A DNA stretch of 64,000 nucleotides from Thermoanaerobaculia bacterium (GTDB lineage Bacteria; Acidobacteriota; Thermoanaerobaculia; Gp7-AA8). A program made the translations under genes and the position numbers. The notes under the pieces are model-generated. The model did not search any database. It saw nothing but the letters and a program-made list of their open reading frames with translations, and was not told where the DNA came from. The stretch spans positions 8,151 through 72,150 of the forward strand of contig JADGNZ010000012.1 in assembly GCA_017883205.1 (NCBI GenBank), read 5' to 3'. Below are positions 63,939 to 64,000 of the stretch, one piece after another. The number at the start of each line of letters is the position of its first letter. The first letter of the stretch is position 1.

Positions 63939-64000
63939 CCCATGTGTTCGTCACTACTCACGATTGCGGCTTCGGCGCCTTCCGCGCTGCCGCCACTTCG

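Noticed and set aside
1-64000. tRNA, rRNA or other canonical RNA genes in intergenic regions.
   Set aside because: No cloverleaf-compatible segments or conserved T-loop motifs (GTTCGAATC-like) were seen in the intergenic stretches examined. Without a search tool this is not exhaustive.

Overview
This is a high-GC (~65%) bacterial chromosomal window, Acidobacteria-like in gene content, with operons packed on both strands. From start to end it contains the following.

- An LpxL-type acyltransferase, a membrane protein and a NodB deacetylase operon (coordinates 289-2479).
- A minus-strand glycan assembly/export cluster: a Wzt-type ABC ATPase, two GT2 glycosyltransferases (one fused to a zinc ribbon and a SAM methyltransferase), a GNAT acetyltransferase, a CheY-like regulator and a methyltransferase.
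- Three very large secreted proteins: a 1300-aa PKD-repeat protein, a 537-aa secreted protein and an FG-GAP propeller protein.
- A Wzm-like ABC-2 permease that is not next to the Wzt ATPase.
- An XRE-family regulator, a TPR protein and a secreted protein in one operon.
- A 15-kb minus-strand supercluster: a MidA/NDUFAF7-like methyltransferase, then an 11-subunit complex I (nuoABCD-HIJKLMN, with no nuoEFG), then atpZ-atpI-atpB-atpE.
- An OmpA-family protein.
- An approximately 1-kb array of 21-bp tandem repeats.
- A membrane H+-pyrophosphatase.
- A REC-REC response regulator and a hybrid PAS histidine kinase.
- A Ser/Thr kinase (zinc ribbon, PEGA domain) with a secreted partner protein.
- YjbQ, GDPD, a pyridine nucleotide-disulfide oxidoreductase, Cu/Zn superoxide dismutase and a lipoprotein.
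- A 940-aa M28 peptidase with PDZ and TolB-like propeller domains.
- A deoxyhypusine synthase-like protein.
- menF-menD-menH.
- A SemiSWEET transporter.
- A radical SAM / siroheme-decarboxylase-like / radical SAM operon, consistent with alternative (siroheme-dependent) heme biosynthesis.
- A DUF4395 protein.
- An AhpD/CMD-family gene whose catalytic CxxC motif is interrupted by an in-frame TGA, making it a selenocysteine candidate.

The window is also full of several families of GC-rich palindromic, REP/MITE-like intergenic repeats. One copy sits in-frame inside the MidA-like gene, in the manner of Rickettsia palindromic elements. No rRNA, tRNA or CRISPR was seen. The six-frame track appears to print alternative start codons (GTG/TTG) as M, and many of its ORFs are antisense shadows of real genes.
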